Part shown: positions 1-12,148 of the stretch, piece by piece
Numbering within the stretch: the first letter of the stretch is position 1
Layout: each line of letters starts with the position of its first letter
Assembly: GCA_000934665.2 (NCBI GenBank)
Contig: JYFJ02004221.1
Span: forward strand, 1 to 33,810
Length of the DNA stretch: 33,810 nt
Direction: 5' to 3'
From: Catajapyx aquilonaris
Taxonomy: Eukaryota
Program-made: the position numbers and the translations under genes
The notes under the pieces: model-generated
Database searches by the model: none
What the model was told of the DNA's origin: nothing
What the model saw: the letters and a program-made list of their open reading frames with translations, nothing else

Positions 1-1914
1 TGGCGGGACAGGAAACGGGCTGGACCAATCAGAGAGCCCCGTTGGCGGCACAGCTCACTTCAAAGGTTGACGCCACCTTTTCTATCTAGTCACCTTACAC
101 GTTATGGCACACCGCATCGTTGGTTACATGGTGGAAAGAGAAACGGTGGAGAAACTACCCTATCCCGCAACGCTAGAGACTTGATGCCCGAAACCAACCG
201 CGATGTTAGTTCGGTCGACTCCCGCCAGAGGCCCTTACGGTGAGCATCTAGTCCTGTTTTAACAGCTGATCACAGCAGATGCATGCGGGAGTTATTGCTA
301 ATGTTGACCAAATCGGCGTCTGCAGCGAATTAAACCCGGTAAAATTCTTTGAGGAAGAAAGCAGCAGGTACGTGCTATTGTGTGAAATGGTATTGCAGCC
401 TTTTTTCTTACGTAAGTACTCACATATGGGGATGCTTTCATATCGAAATAAGACCCGGTCCAGCCGGCTCAGGTTTGCTGCTCAGCTGTGTGGCTCACTG
501 TATGTCTCAGCCTGTGTTCATGTTGTAGCTATATACTAACAGTAAGTTTGCCTGGTGTAGGATTATTGCAGGTTTGCGATGGAATTCGTCTCCCTGTGGT
601 TTAGCGTCAGGTGCAGTGAAAATGTGATAGTTTTGTTTACTGCACATCACATATACGAGTATATAGACCTTGATATAGCAAGTCAAAACAGTGTAAAGAG
701 ACAAAGTGATACAGCAATTAAAGACATTGCCATTAATTGCGCAAGTCCTACAAGAGGACATCAATTGTTGTGTGCAAGTCTAGGTGTGTAAGTGCTACGT
801 TAAAAAACATTCCATGCTATCTGTCCCGAAAGAAGTGTTAGACTAGATTGGGACAATTGAATTCTTTATTAAGAGCTTGATTAAGAGTGAGAGCCGAGCT
901 GATCTAAGAGTAGGCAAATGTCCATAACGGGGTATAATTTCTTTGAAACATGCGGTTTGAATAATATGGCACTCGAGTGTAAGGGGCTGACTCACTGCCT
1001 TCTGGGAGCCCGGGGAATTTCTAACTTCCTCCGGCCCGCCCATCTTCGGAGAAATTGATTCCAGGTGCTGAGCACCCGATGTCACTTGTGAGACATTCTT
1101 CATCAGATTGGTCACGATGTCTATATATTGTGGATTGGTAAATGATCTCATATAGGCGAACATGGATGTGGAATCGACGGGAAAGAGAATTCCCGCCGCG
1201 CGCCGTCTATACTATGCGATCATAATATTCACCAAAAATAGCTTGAGTAGTGCGTACAGTGTGTATATCAAGTCTATAAAATAGTAGGTAATAAACAAAT
1301 AATTATTTCAGTTTACTCAAAAGGGTCAACTCATTTATTTTATCATAATTCATATCGTATGCACAGCACATCATCTTGGTACGCGTGTGGGCGGCGGGGC
1401 GGGAACTGAAACGCCGCTACTGAAAGGTACGGCATTTATTTTTGGCATGACAAGTCCGTAGATCGTAGTTGAATACAATTACGACATTTGAATGAATGTA
1501 GTAGGAACACATCGGGCACCAATTTCAGTTTTTTCTGTCACATATTAGCAGAAAAATGAACGTAGTAGTAATGCAAGACCATATGCGCTTCCAGAAAAAC
1601 AGGACTAGATGTTGCCTCTTCCGCATCTGGCGGCCGAGCCCGCAACCATCTCCTCGTTTCAATTTGGGCATCAACTTTAGGAGGGAGCTGCACCCCTGGT
1701 TGGTTACTATCCGAGCGCCATCTATCAACAAAACAGTCCTCTCTCCTAGCACCTCCCGCGTCGTGACTCGTCTGAGCGCACCCGTCCCTTGTCGATGAAC
1801 CCCCTCTAGATGGCGTTTCCGGACACGGGTTCCTACGTCAAAAATACTTGTCGTGGTCCCCTCTATTACCCCTGAAAGTCTTTGCAGAGTTACAATAAAC
1901 ACCCTGTATAATAA

Positions 1915-2190
1915 TTCATACCCCGTTATCAGCCTTTTTCGGCTTCTCTAGGGGGGAAGTTTTCTTTTGCCTGGAACTCTCTTTCATTTTACTGCACTTT
2001 TTGGGATGGGATAGGGACAGAAGGAAGCGGCTGTGGCCTGTTAATTACGGAAACAACTCCGGAATTTTCCTGGAAGGACCGTGGGAAACCACAGAAAACC
2101 ATGGTCAGAGTTGCCGGCCCTGGGATTTGATCCCAGGACCTCCCGATTAGCAGTCGGACGCCTTATCCATTATGCCAACCCCCTTCGGTT
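1915..2190 (-). mobile_element. tRNA-derived SINE, type A, internally deleted
   Basis: Reverse complement aligns with 19568-19745 (A box, B box, GGTTTTCTGTGGTTTCCCACGG...AGGCCACAGCCGC domain); left boundary approximate. Confidence 0.8.
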
Positions 2191-2649
2191 ATTTGCAAGG
2201 ATTTGAAACCGGCCATTAATCGAACATGCCTAGATGACGCGGCTGCCGCGTCATCTTTCATGTAAACAAACGCCCTGAGTACAGGGTGTCGCATAAAGTA
2301 TGTACCCTTGGGAGTTTCTCATAGTACAGGGTTGTGGTAACATTATGTAACCATAATAACAGTGTATAGTGACTATGTAAACTTGTTCGGCCTATCGACG
2401 TTCTAAGAGCCAGACCTTTCTTAAAAATTATTTCTGGAACACCCTGTAGATGAATTTTTTCCAGCATGTTACGTTCAAATGGACCACCACGAATTAAAAT
2501 GGTTAATCTTGGCACGAAGTTGTTATTAATATCACTCCTACATCGAATTTTGGACAAAAAAAGAGAAAAAAAAGCCACAAAAACAAGAAACATAGTCCTC
2601 AACAGGTTAAAGCAATTGGAAATAAATGGTGAATATTATGAAGTTGATC

Positions 2650-2995
2650 TGGGGAGGTGCGGTGGCCGTGATGGTAACGTCACGGCTTGCTGCGTGAAAG
2701 GCCCCAGGTTCGATCCCCGCCAGGGGAACTTTCCTTTCACCTGCGTGGGGAGGGTCTCTGACCTGCACCAAGGAGGTGTCTGGCAACCTAACCTCCTGGG
2801 GAACAGCACATGACCCCTTTACCGACATTGCACTTGCACCAATGTTCCCTCCCCAAAAAATCCCTATCCTTACCCCATGTCCTTTCATCCTTGCACCGGA
2901 GTTAGAAGAAAAAGCAGAAAAATTGAAGGAAAAATGGTGGTATTCCACCCACCTATAAGGGCCTATGGCCCTAGCACAGGGTAACATAAAAAAAA
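2650..2995 (+). mobile_element. tRNA-derived SINE, type B
   Basis: A box TGGCCGTGATGG, B box GGTTCGATCCC, A-tail, perfect 15-bp TSD ATTATGAAGTTGATC (2635-2649 and 2996-3010). Confidence 0.9.
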
Positions 2996-3786
2996 ATTAT
3001 GAAGTTGATCACGACAATAAAATAAAACAAATCAAAAGAAAAATATTTGAAAGGAAAGTGAATGATGGTGAATGGCTGCCATATGGGAGTTAAATGAAAG
3101 AGGCTGTTAGTGCTCAATGAAGGTATATAATTTATTCAGTTTGAAGTAAGTGGTGTTCATCTTTGCATTTTCTTATATGCCATAATATTTGTATTTAGTG
3201 ATTTATTTGACTCTTGGAGGTCAACTTTAAACTTGACTGACCTCTCCCCCTGGTGATGGTAATAGGCAAAAATATTGACAATTATTATGAATTGAAGTGA
3301 AATCAAAATTGTCTCAATCTTTGTCAGAAATGGTACAGAAATGGTAGTTATTGGTTTTTGGCATATAAAGACTTGAAATGCAGAATGAGCAGTAAAATGT
3401 TTCTCAAAATTGAGTTAGTCATTGTGTACCAAAGTCCTTGGCTCACATTTTGTGATGGTCAAATCACTGATCTGATAGCTGAATTGCAGTTCCTTACAGA
3501 AACATTTGATTAGAACTCATATCTTGAAGTCATACAAAATAAAGGTGACTCAAATCATTCTGCAAGTCAGGTCTTCACATGATTTATGAGAGTTTTCATA
3601 CTAGCCTATGAGGTAGGACTCCTGATTCTTCTTTGCAGATTTTGTTGCCCTAAGTTGCAATATTGCTTATTTGTTTCTTGTATCAAAAAAAGAAAACCCC
3701 AACTAAACCCAGTTTCAAAATGTAGATTTTTTTTTTTTTGTTTCATATTCAGAATGCACCCTGATAAAAATGTTGGTCCCATATTA

Positions 3787-4669
3787 TGAGGGGCTTTCTG
3801 AAAGTTCGCGACTTTTTCATGAAGGAATTTGATATTAGATATTAAAATGGGGCCCCATGTAGAGACATTCTTGCGCTGATCACAGGATATTGCACCATCC
3901 CTACATGAATCATTATAAAAGGGAGGCAAAAAATCAAGAAGAGTGAAAAATGCAGTCTGCAGTGAGTCGTCTGGATGGACAACTTTGAGCATCCTTCTGT
4001 CATCAAATATCTCACTTTGAAGATGAGCACTGCAGATATTCATCATACCCATCCATCATACCCAACGGGTATGAGATGGGTTGCACACTTCAAGTGTGGG
4101 CAAGAGAGCCTGGAAGATGACCCCTGCCCGCTAAGGCCAGCAACTGCTGTGACCAAGGAAAACATCTCTGCTGTGAAGACCATGGTAATGGGAGATAGGG
4201 GGTTGACAGTGCAGTACATAGTCAAGTCCTGGCCATCAGTTTGGCTGTGGTGGATACCATCCTTAATCAACACCTTTGACTCAGCTATGTCTCCACTAGT
4301 TGTGTACCACTCAGCCTGACAGTTCAACACTCAAGCTGAGCTGTCACAGGCCAACTTGGAATTTTTTAAATATGACTTTTGCATGGTTAGTGTTACAGAA
4401 TGAAACTTCAGCCTTTCCCTATTCCCCAATATCAGAAACAACTTTATGTAAGGGTCCATGGATCCCATCCCTGAAGTGATTGCTGCTGTGGAGGAGGTAT
4501 CGGGTGGTGTTACAGAAACTTTTTTTTTGGGACTGGATAGAAAAATGGGAGAAACTCTGGACAAAGCATATCAACATGCAAGGGGACTAGGTTGAAAAAT
4601 AAAATATCACCTGTTTGACTACCTCTCGTTTTTTAAAGGAAAAGTTGCGAACTTCCAGAATGCCCCTCA
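3787..4669 (+). mobile_element. Defective mariner element with internal deletion
   Basis: TA-flanked TIRs TGAGGGGCTTTCTGAAAGTTCGC / GCGAACTTCCAGAATGCCCCTCA; peptide remnants FKCGQESLEDDPCPLRPATAVTKENI and IEKWEKLWTKHINMQGD*VEK; catalytic core missing. Confidence 0.92.
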
Positions 4670-4720
4670 TATATCATTGAAATACCTTTGCCATCACCCC
4701 TTTACCCTTACATCTGATCC

Positions 4721-4821
4721 CTAATAATAGTCAGGCACAGGGGCACAGACAATCTTGACAAAGTCTTCATAGTGCACTACGCCCCCAGGGGCAACATTGG
4801 CTTCCCGGAAGATCTGATCAA
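4721..4821 (-). CDS. CALML4: CALML4 terminal coding exon (VDQIFREAN...PVPDYY*)
   Basis: ctattccag acceptor, TAG at 4723-4721. Confidence 0.95.
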
Positions 4822-7800
4822 CTGGAATAGAGTTAGAAAGAAAAATTATTAGTGTATAACAATGAGCTAACCACTTACTAAGCTATAAAAAAAGAGAGAA
4901 TGAATTTTTATGAATAACAATGTCTTCTAAACTTCCTCCGTGAGTCTCCCTTCCCTGCCAAAGTAGCTTCTCACAACGGTTGAGTCACTGCTGTTCATTT
5001 CATACATGTCATCACCTAAGTTTGGACCAAAATTCCTTGAATACTGACGTGAAAAAATTCATGTCCTGTATTCGGTGTGTTTCATAATTAAGATTACTGT
5101 CAAATGGGGGGAGATTGTGCCACGCGGGAAAAGTTTTTGTTGACTTTTTGACCTTTTTTTTGTTTCTATTAGTTTCCAAAACACAACAATCAAGATAAAA
5201 CATATTTCTGAATGCTTGTTTGCGACAAAATGGCCGTCCCTACAATTTATGGGATGCTAGGAAAATGTAACCTAGTATGGCTATAATAGCTGTTGATTAC
5301 ATTACCATGGCAACAGTGACATTCAGCAACATCCATAGTTTCATAATACGAGGGGCGTTCAGAAAGTCTTTACACTTGATTTTTTTGCCACAAATACAGG
5401 ACCCGTGCAGGTTGGCCGATAGGCAGACATTATTATCGAAAGAAACCTCCTGGAGCTGAATGCACAGGAGCCATGGGTGTGGAAACCTCTCCAGGCCTCC
5501 TGGAACTACTTTTTGGAGGTGTGGGACACCTACTCCCGGACAACTGCACACAGTCAACAACTGTCACAATGTCCTGCAAATGGTTTTTGGCGAAGGTTTT
5601 TTTCATGGATCAGGGTTTCGGTGCTCCCACACCTGCCGGACCCCCCCCNAAAGGAGCAATATTCTCCTGATATTCTCCCAACGGGGTAAGTAAAATAAAA
5701 TAAAATAAAAAATATCACCAATGATTTACTACACTAATACGCAATGTTTTGTTGTTTTGAAATGGACATGTCTATATGAACGGATTTTCTCTGCAGATTA
5801 CGAAAATGACATTGAAAATCTCCTACCACGTAAAGTTTTCGAGTTACAGGGTGTGTCATAAATTCATGTGGGTATGTCCACATGTCCAGCGTGTGACGTG
5901 GATGGAGTTGACCTACAGCAACGTCCTTACACCACATTGTTGTGACACTCATCCTTGTTACGACCACCAAGTTTGATTCCGATTGCATCAATCCACTGGG
6001 AGTTATGCACCTCAGAAGGTGTAAAAGTGTGGGTCGGAGGTGCATATCGGTGAACTTGCGGGAATAAAATAAAATCATAATTATGTAATTAATGGAGATA
6101 ACATTAATTGCGATATTGAACGAAGAGTAGGTCGCGATGCTCTATCATACACCATCATCAAATAAAGTGCACGGCAATTCAAGATGGATCAGGAGCGTTT
6201 GGAAGAGACCCCCACCCATGCACAAAATGTGTAGTGTTGCTTACGAGGGTCGAGTCAAAAGTCATGGCGCGTATTTTTAAATTCAAAAACGGTAACACAT
6301 ACAGAGATGACCTTTGCTGAGTTTTGAAGATCTGGCGATTACAATTTTATCTGGCATATAGATGTCGCCCATATCGCGAGGGGGGTGGGGAAACAAAGGG
6401 GGAATGTGACCCCCCCCACCGCACCATCGCCCTAAGACGGACCAAGCCCGCCGCGTACGTTGCGCCTTCCGGATAAATTGCCTTTTGTGCATGGATGGGG
6501 GTCTCTTTTAAACACTCCTGATCCATCTTGAATTGTCGTGCACTTTATTAGATGATGGCGTATGATAGAGCATCGCCACCTACTCTTCGCACAATATCAC
6601 AATTAATGCTATCCCGATTAATTACATAATTATGATTTTATTTGATGCGCGCCGTTCACCGATATGCACCTCCGACCCACACTTTTACTCCATCTCAGGT
6701 GCATAACTCCCAGTGGAATGATGCAATCGGAATCAAACTTGGTGGTAGTAACAAGGATGAGTGTCACAACAATGTGGTGTAAGGGCGTTGATGTAGGTCA
6801 ACTCCATCCACGTCACACGCTGGACATGTGGACATACCCACATGAATTTATGACACACCCTGTAACTCGAAAACTTTACGTGGTAGGAGATTTTCAATGT
6901 CATTTTCGTAATCTCCATAAAGAATAGAGCACGAATCAAAGTTTAAAAAAAATTTAGGGTCATTAGGTCACGCGTATTTAAATGCGCAAAATCTCGTAAA
7001 AGGCCCCACATCTGTGGACAAACTATTTTTGATGTACAAATGTGCTGTCCAGGATTGATAGATTCGGGGCTTCCGTAGTTTTATTTGTGCCTAAAAATCT
7101 GGACTCTACATATTACTGGCTAAGTTCAAAGCGTTTAACAATATGGAGACCTAGAAAAAGCAAGTGGTTTTCTAGGCCTACACCCTAGAAAAATGTTAGC
7201 TAAGCAAGGGTTTTTCAAGTGAATATCTAAAAGCATAATACAATACCAGGGTTTGTAATTTTTTTTAAAGTTACTTCTAAAGCAGCAAGTTATTATCAGT
7301 AGGTTTACAGATTTTCACATGTGACCCAAGGTCAGTTTCCCTCATGTACTCCCTCATTTACTTGCTGTTTCCCTTTCTCACCTTCTCGTGCACTTAGTCG
7401 TTCTCCCCACTTGAGCAACACTTGACGCAGGTCTCGGGCAGGGATCACACCTCTGCGGGATGTGTCCACTGATTTGAATGAATCTAGTATCTCTTTGGGA
7501 ATGTTCTCCACTTTGCTGTGGTTGTGCATTACCTCAAGGAATTCTGCAAATGACATCCTACCACCTGAAAAAAAGTAACTTGGAATTACACATAACAAGT
7601 GTAAAATGAAACGGTTACACACCTTTGTCCTTCAAATACTTTCGAAGTTCTGCAATAGTAGGGCTCATTCCCAAGGACCGCATGATTAAGGTCAGTTCAT
7701 CTAGTGTATGTATATGCCCACTCCGGGCGTAGAGATAGAAACATTCACGAAACTCTGCAAAAATAGGGAGTCTTCAGTATGTCACATTTAACATCAGTGT

Positions 7801-10107
7801 CTCTATTTACACCTGCATTGCATAAGTGGTAGTTCAGCCTAATTGAGCAGCAGCTCCCCAGGCATAACAGAAGATATAAGTAAATAAACAACACAGTGGA
7901 ACCTCATACTACAAACGTCCCTAGCTTCAAATGTTCCCGAATTCAAATGCAAAATTCATGAGAAACTCAATCCGGAGTTCGAAAGATGCTAAGTTTGAAC
8001 TACACACACAACAAAAAATGTGCTCGATGCGTAAACGTCATCTGTTGTGCGCCCAAGTCTTCTCTCGCTCTCGCTGTGAAAGCATCTCTTGCGTTACGCT
8101 CGTATATTTTCAGTGCTTCTATCGCTTTATTTTTGGTGGGTTTGGTCATATTATAATGGAAAGCGACTCTAAAAATATGGCCAAGTTCCCCGGTGTTCCG
8201 GTAAATGCTGTTCACATTATATTTCGGAATATTGACCCTCAACTTGCACACCAACTTGCCAGGTTTTTCCAAATTTCAATAAATTTACTTAATTTCTCCA
8301 ATATTGTAATATTTGTTTTGTTTGAGCTCACGAGCACCTAATGACATGTTTGTATTATACCTTGATTTCCCGACATATTATTTCAGAGATATGCTGTTAA
8401 ATGATTATGTTTATGTATTCTCCATAACAATGTACTGATAAATGAAGGAGATGGGAGTCCCCTGTAAGGGCCACTGGCCCACTCTGAGAAATAAACCTAC
8501 AATACAATACATAATGGAAAGTGACTCCCCTTCCAAACAGTAATCTTTCTTCCTCTCCACCAGCGACACAGGTCATCATCACCACCACTCCTCACTTGTA
8601 CAGTATTTGCAATTTTCATGTTATTACACAATATTTACATATTTTATTTATTGATTTCATGTTTTAATTTATTATTTAGGGCATTTAATTGTTATGTTTA
8701 CCTTAAATTATGTGTATTTGCAGTATTAAGTGGATAGAAATGGGTATTGTAGTGTCCCAGACTTGGTCGTAAGGGACACCACGAAGAATTAAGTCACTGG
8801 ACAGCTCTGAGATGTATATTCTTCACAAAGGTACAGATAAACGTCTGATCTCTAGAACAGTCACTCAACGACTCTCGTTCCAAGCACTCTTAAAACCGTA
8901 CAATACCTTGGCTACATAGCAACCGTTACCATTAACCACAAGCATTCTTTTCATGATTCTCTCAAAGAACACTAAACAGTCTTGTTGCCAGGACAGGGAG
9001 CATATACTACATAAGAGGCGCAAACTTCTGTCGGCGCCTTTGATGTTCGCGGCTCTCTGTTTATCAGGCGTTGCCAAGGCTGGCAGCCATTTTGAAGTGT
9101 GTGGTATGCCAACGAGGTATAAATAGGGTACAGGCAAAAATAGGGTCCGCCATCTTTGATGGTTTTGGCTGCCATGGCAACTACACGGCAAGAACACGCG
9201 CGAATTTGAATTCGATATTGGAATGGGTAAGTAAATTGTTATTGCCGTGTATTGCCATGGCAGCCAAAACCATCAAAGATGGCGGACCCCCACGGACCTT
9301 GCCGGCCTGCCTGTACCCTATTTATACTTCGTTGGCGTTTCACACACTTCAAAATGGCCGCCAGCCTTGGCAACGCCCAAAACAGAGAGACGCAAAAATG
9401 GAATGTTTGCGCCTCTTATGTAGTATATGCTGCCTGGCCAGGACTTGATGAGGACATTGTTAAACTCAGCGGCTGCTGCAACCGCTGTCAGCACTGATGA
9501 GTTTAACAACGTACTCTGATTGGTCAATCTTCGCTGAGTTTAACAATGTTTATGCTGCCTAGTTCCGCGATTCCAAGATTGCCGCCATTCGCCTGGCGAA
9601 ATCGAACAAGGTGCCCTACGCGAAAGTCGCTTAGCCTAACAACTTGTGTTGAATAAATGAACAACAATGCGCTCAACCGCTGCCATCGCTGCGGCAGAGG
9701 CTGAGTTTAACAACGACTTGTTTACCTGGCCGTTTACCTCCGCTGGGGCAGCCACTGAATTTAACAATGTCCTCGATCACTACAGTATTGTTTAGGGTCT
9801 CGGAAAGGATTAACTTTCCATTATTTCTTATGGGGAAAATTGATTCAGAGTTCGAACAATGAGGAGTTTGAACGACCACCTGGATTGAATTACGTTCTAA
9901 GTACGAGGTGCCACTGTACACATGCAGGTAAGAAGTGAATCATATATTATCTCCATCTGCTTGAAAATTTTCGTGAAAGAGTAGAGAAATCAATGCACTT
10001 ACCATCAATGTCCTGCTCTTTGAAGTAGCGTGCCTACAAATAAGACGTAAATGAATAAGTTCCAACGATTCTGCTTACAAGTCAATATCTGCTGGGTCAC
10101 TTACCAT
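4721..10107 (-). CDS. CALML4: Calmodulin-like protein 4 (degenerate EF-hand, myosin light-chain type), 5 coding exons, 149 aa
   Basis: Exons 10107-10105 (ATG), 10033-10003, 7754-7623, 7564-7382, 4821-4721; all introns GT-AG and phase-consistent; 450 nt. Protein MARYFKEQDIDEFRECFYLYARSGHIHTLDELTLIMRSLGMSPTIAELRKYLKDKGGRMSFAEFLEVMHNHSKVENIPKEILDSFKSVDTSRRGVIPARDLRQVLLKWGERLSAREVDQIFREANVAPGGVVHYEDFVKIVCAPVPDYY. The MARYF..QDIDEFRECF start and PVPDY end are typical of CALML4; ATG-only exon followed by a 31-nt exon matches calmodulin-family gene structure. Confidence 0.95.
5349..5640 (-). mobile_element. Mariner 3' end remnant
   Basis: TA|CGAGGGGCGTTCAGAAAGT terminus; minus-strand GLERFPHPWLLCIQLQ resembles the mariner transposase C-terminus. 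Confidence 0.6.
5795..6914. repeat. Long inverted repeat, arms about 430 bp (5795-6227 and 6483-6914), 255-bp spacer
   Basis: Arms align by eye with scattered mismatches; mirror ORFs 5734..6078(-)/6664..6927(+) and 5776..5976(+)/6733..6939(-). Confidence 0.92.
7382..7564 (-). CDS. CALML4: CALML4 coding exon 4 (GGRMSFAEF...LSARE)
   Basis: ttttcag acceptor, gtgaga donor; lies within ORF 7332..7622. Confidence 0.95.
7623..7754 (-). CDS. CALML4: CALML4 coding exon 3 (EFRECFYLY...LKDK)
   Basis: ttttgcag acceptor, gtgtgt donor, 132 nt open frame. Confidence 0.95.
8994..9436. mobile_element. Palindromic MITE, P-element-like signature
   Basis: CA...TG ends, arms about 200 bp, 7-bp TSD GCCAGGA (8987-8993 and 9437-9443). 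Confidence 0.8.
9450..9774. mobile_element. MITE with GAGGACATTGTTAAA termini
   Basis: TIR GAGGACATTGTTAAACTCAG / CTGAATTTAACAATGTCCTC, GAT on both flanks, internal TGAGTTTAACAA repeats. Confidence 0.75.
10003..10033 (-). CDS. CALML4: CALML4 coding exon 2 (ARYFKEQDID)
   Basis: tttgtag|GCA...GAT G|gtaagt, 31 nt. Confidence 0.93.
10105..10107 (-). CDS. CALML4: CALML4 coding exon 1 (ATG only)
   Basis: ctgATG|gtaagtg donor; 71-nt intron to tttgtag acceptor; upstream in-frame stop with no earlier in-frame ATG. Confidence 0.85.
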
Positions 10108-10399
10108 CAGTGCAGGGGTATTGTGCTGGTGGGAATACTGCGAAAGTGTGGCCTGTCTGGATGATTCAAGACCCAAGCCTGAACAGACGAGTAACGGAAA
10201 TGGGCAATCAGGAAGAAGATGGAGTCAGACAGACAGACAGCCCCACGTCCAACCCATAGACCACCAACCTGATTCCTGTCCGGAATAAACTCCTCTAATG
10301 AGAGCGTGACCGTGGTGCTTGACCTTCGAGAGACTTCGAGAATAATTATCTGGACCAGCTGATCTGGACTCTGGAAGAATGATTGTACATTGCAGGCTT

Positions 10400-10880
10400 T
10401 GGTGTACACTGTACAGTACGAGTCACCTACTGGAGTCAGTCAACGAGTGTGACGTCAAAATGTTATAGTCGGCTTCGCCACCGCCAGAAGAATCAAGACT
10501 TCAAGAGACACCGAGCGTAGACGCGTAGTCCGTGGTGCTACCCATGGTGCTACCCCACATTAGGTTTTAACACTGACCGTTGGTCGGCGCTAGCTCCAGT
10601 AGCACTCTAGGCTCACTCGGGCTCACTAGTCAGAGCGACATCCGACGGCCAGGGTTAAAAGGACGTGGTCTCAAATTTCGAGCAGATCTCGCCAGGGAAC
10701 AAGTGGATCTCGCGTCCGAATGTGGATGGGTGGAGTGGAGTGGAGGGCTGAGGACCGGCAAATTGGCAACGTCGCAAGTAAGAATCGGCTGTACTTCGGG
10801 CTGGCTCGGGCCGGCGGATTAGTTTGGTTACGCGGCGGGTACTAGTTAGGTTACGCGTGGTTACATTACCTAACCTTCCT
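10400..10880. promoter_or_regulatory. Candidate bidirectional CpG-rich promoter and plus-strand first exon
   Basis: CpG-dense segment upstream of the CALML4 ATG; CRE palindrome TGACGTCA at 10450-10457; plus-strand donor gcaa|gtaaga at 10778 followed by GTTAGGTTA and CCTAACCT motifs. Confidence 0.55.
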
Positions 10881-12148
10881 TTGTACTTGATACAACAGTA
10901 ACAAGGCTTATAGATGTCAACAAAAAGCTTGAATATCTAGAAAACGTGTTGCTATAACCTATAATCACTGGCAATAAATTTTGACAAAAGTCAAACCTCT
11001 AAGATTAAAGTAGACATTTATTCAAGATTTCAATGTGCTGATCACGAATATGACAATGAAAACCTAAAATTGGCTACGATTCCTGAGAAATCCGCAATAG
11101 TTTCTTACAAAATGGAGTAATAGGGCTTGTACCAGTAAAGGACCGCGCTTATATACTGATGCGCCTGCCTTTTTGTCACCAAAAACCACTTTACTTCCCC
11201 TATTACTTCATAAATTAATGAATCAGAGCATTTTAGAGGCAAAAACCCACAAAAATAATTTTGGCCAACGTTTCGACCCAAATACCCCACTGTGCCTGGT
11301 GTTGTTTTCTGAATAAATATAGTGCAAGAGTTAACAAGTAAGCTCTTGGTATTATACAGACATGGGACTGGCAGTACGTTGCAACCGAATTGACAAAGCA
11401 GATTTATACTTGAAGCGGCTACTTTTAAATGTCAAATTTAGTAGCAGTATAAGGAAGCAGATTTTCTCTGGAGTAGCGGCTACAAAGTAGCAGCTACGCT
11501 ACTTTCGTCCCATCACTACCTGGTGCTAGGAATTCGTACTTTCTCACTTGCGTTACAATAGTTTGTACGGTACTGGACTACCGGTTAGTGCCATTAGTAG
11601 TATTAGAACTATAAGTGTAATACATTCACTACATTGAGTACATTCGTTCGTGCACAACTGCTCTGGCATTGGGCCACTGGCACATCTTGGTCGTCAAGAA
11701 TGTACTGTACTGTAGTTACTAGTTAGGTTCGGCCACCTCCGCCATCTACGATAGGAAGGTCAGGAGCCCTGCTACTATCTCTGGAAATCAGAATTCATCT
11801 GCTCCAATTCTGCACCCATGCCCACCCCTTCTTGCCCAAATCATCCTGGAAACCTCCTGCCCCCGCCGTGTATTGTATTTTGCAATTTTTGCTTGGTCAG
11901 ACCTATTCATTTTAGTTTCCCAAGTAGAGATATACTCTTGGATAGGGCTTTCATTGAAGGCTGTTTCACATTAGGTGTAATGCACCTAATTTTGTTATTA
12001 GCATTTGTTGACATGGTCTGAAAGGGAAGGTTTTAGGGCATGTCATGCCCATGTGTGTCATGAATTTATAGCTGGGAAATGGTGCCTGTGGAGCCCAATG
12101 AAGTAATGGTGCATTTGTATTTTAACCCTGTAAAACTGACTGGAGTGA

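Larger units (their letters stand above)
8748..9784. mobile_element. Probable solo LTR (about 260 bp net) interrupted by two MITEs
   Basis: TGTAGTG...CACTACA termini and 4-bp TSD GTAT (8744-8747 and 9785-9788). Confidence 0.7.
7894..9916 (+). mobile_element. pogo/Tigger-like element hosting nested insertions
   Basis: TIRs CAGTGGAACCTCATACT / AGTACGAGGTGCCACTG|TA; remnant MESDSPSKQ* at 8514-8543 resembles the C-terminus of Tigger-like transposases. Confidence 0.8.

Noticed and set aside
279..791. ORFs 279..539, 507..764 and 579..791 as genes
   Set aside because: No recognisable homology, and no exon chain with consistent phase could be built
864..927. Match to about 18705-18753 (GCTGATCTAAGAGTAGGCAAATGTCCATAAC) as a conserved regulatory element
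   Set aside because: The second copy sits inside a MITE; more simply a dispersed repeat fragment
2655..2730. tRNA genes here and near 2110-2190, 15430-15500 and 19570-19645
   Set aside because: Cloverleaves are incomplete and run into SINE bodies, mostly with tails and TSDs
10107..10409. 100-aa ORF whose TGA overlaps the CALML4 ATG
   Set aside because: Starts at GTG, no recognisable protein; most likely 5' UTR
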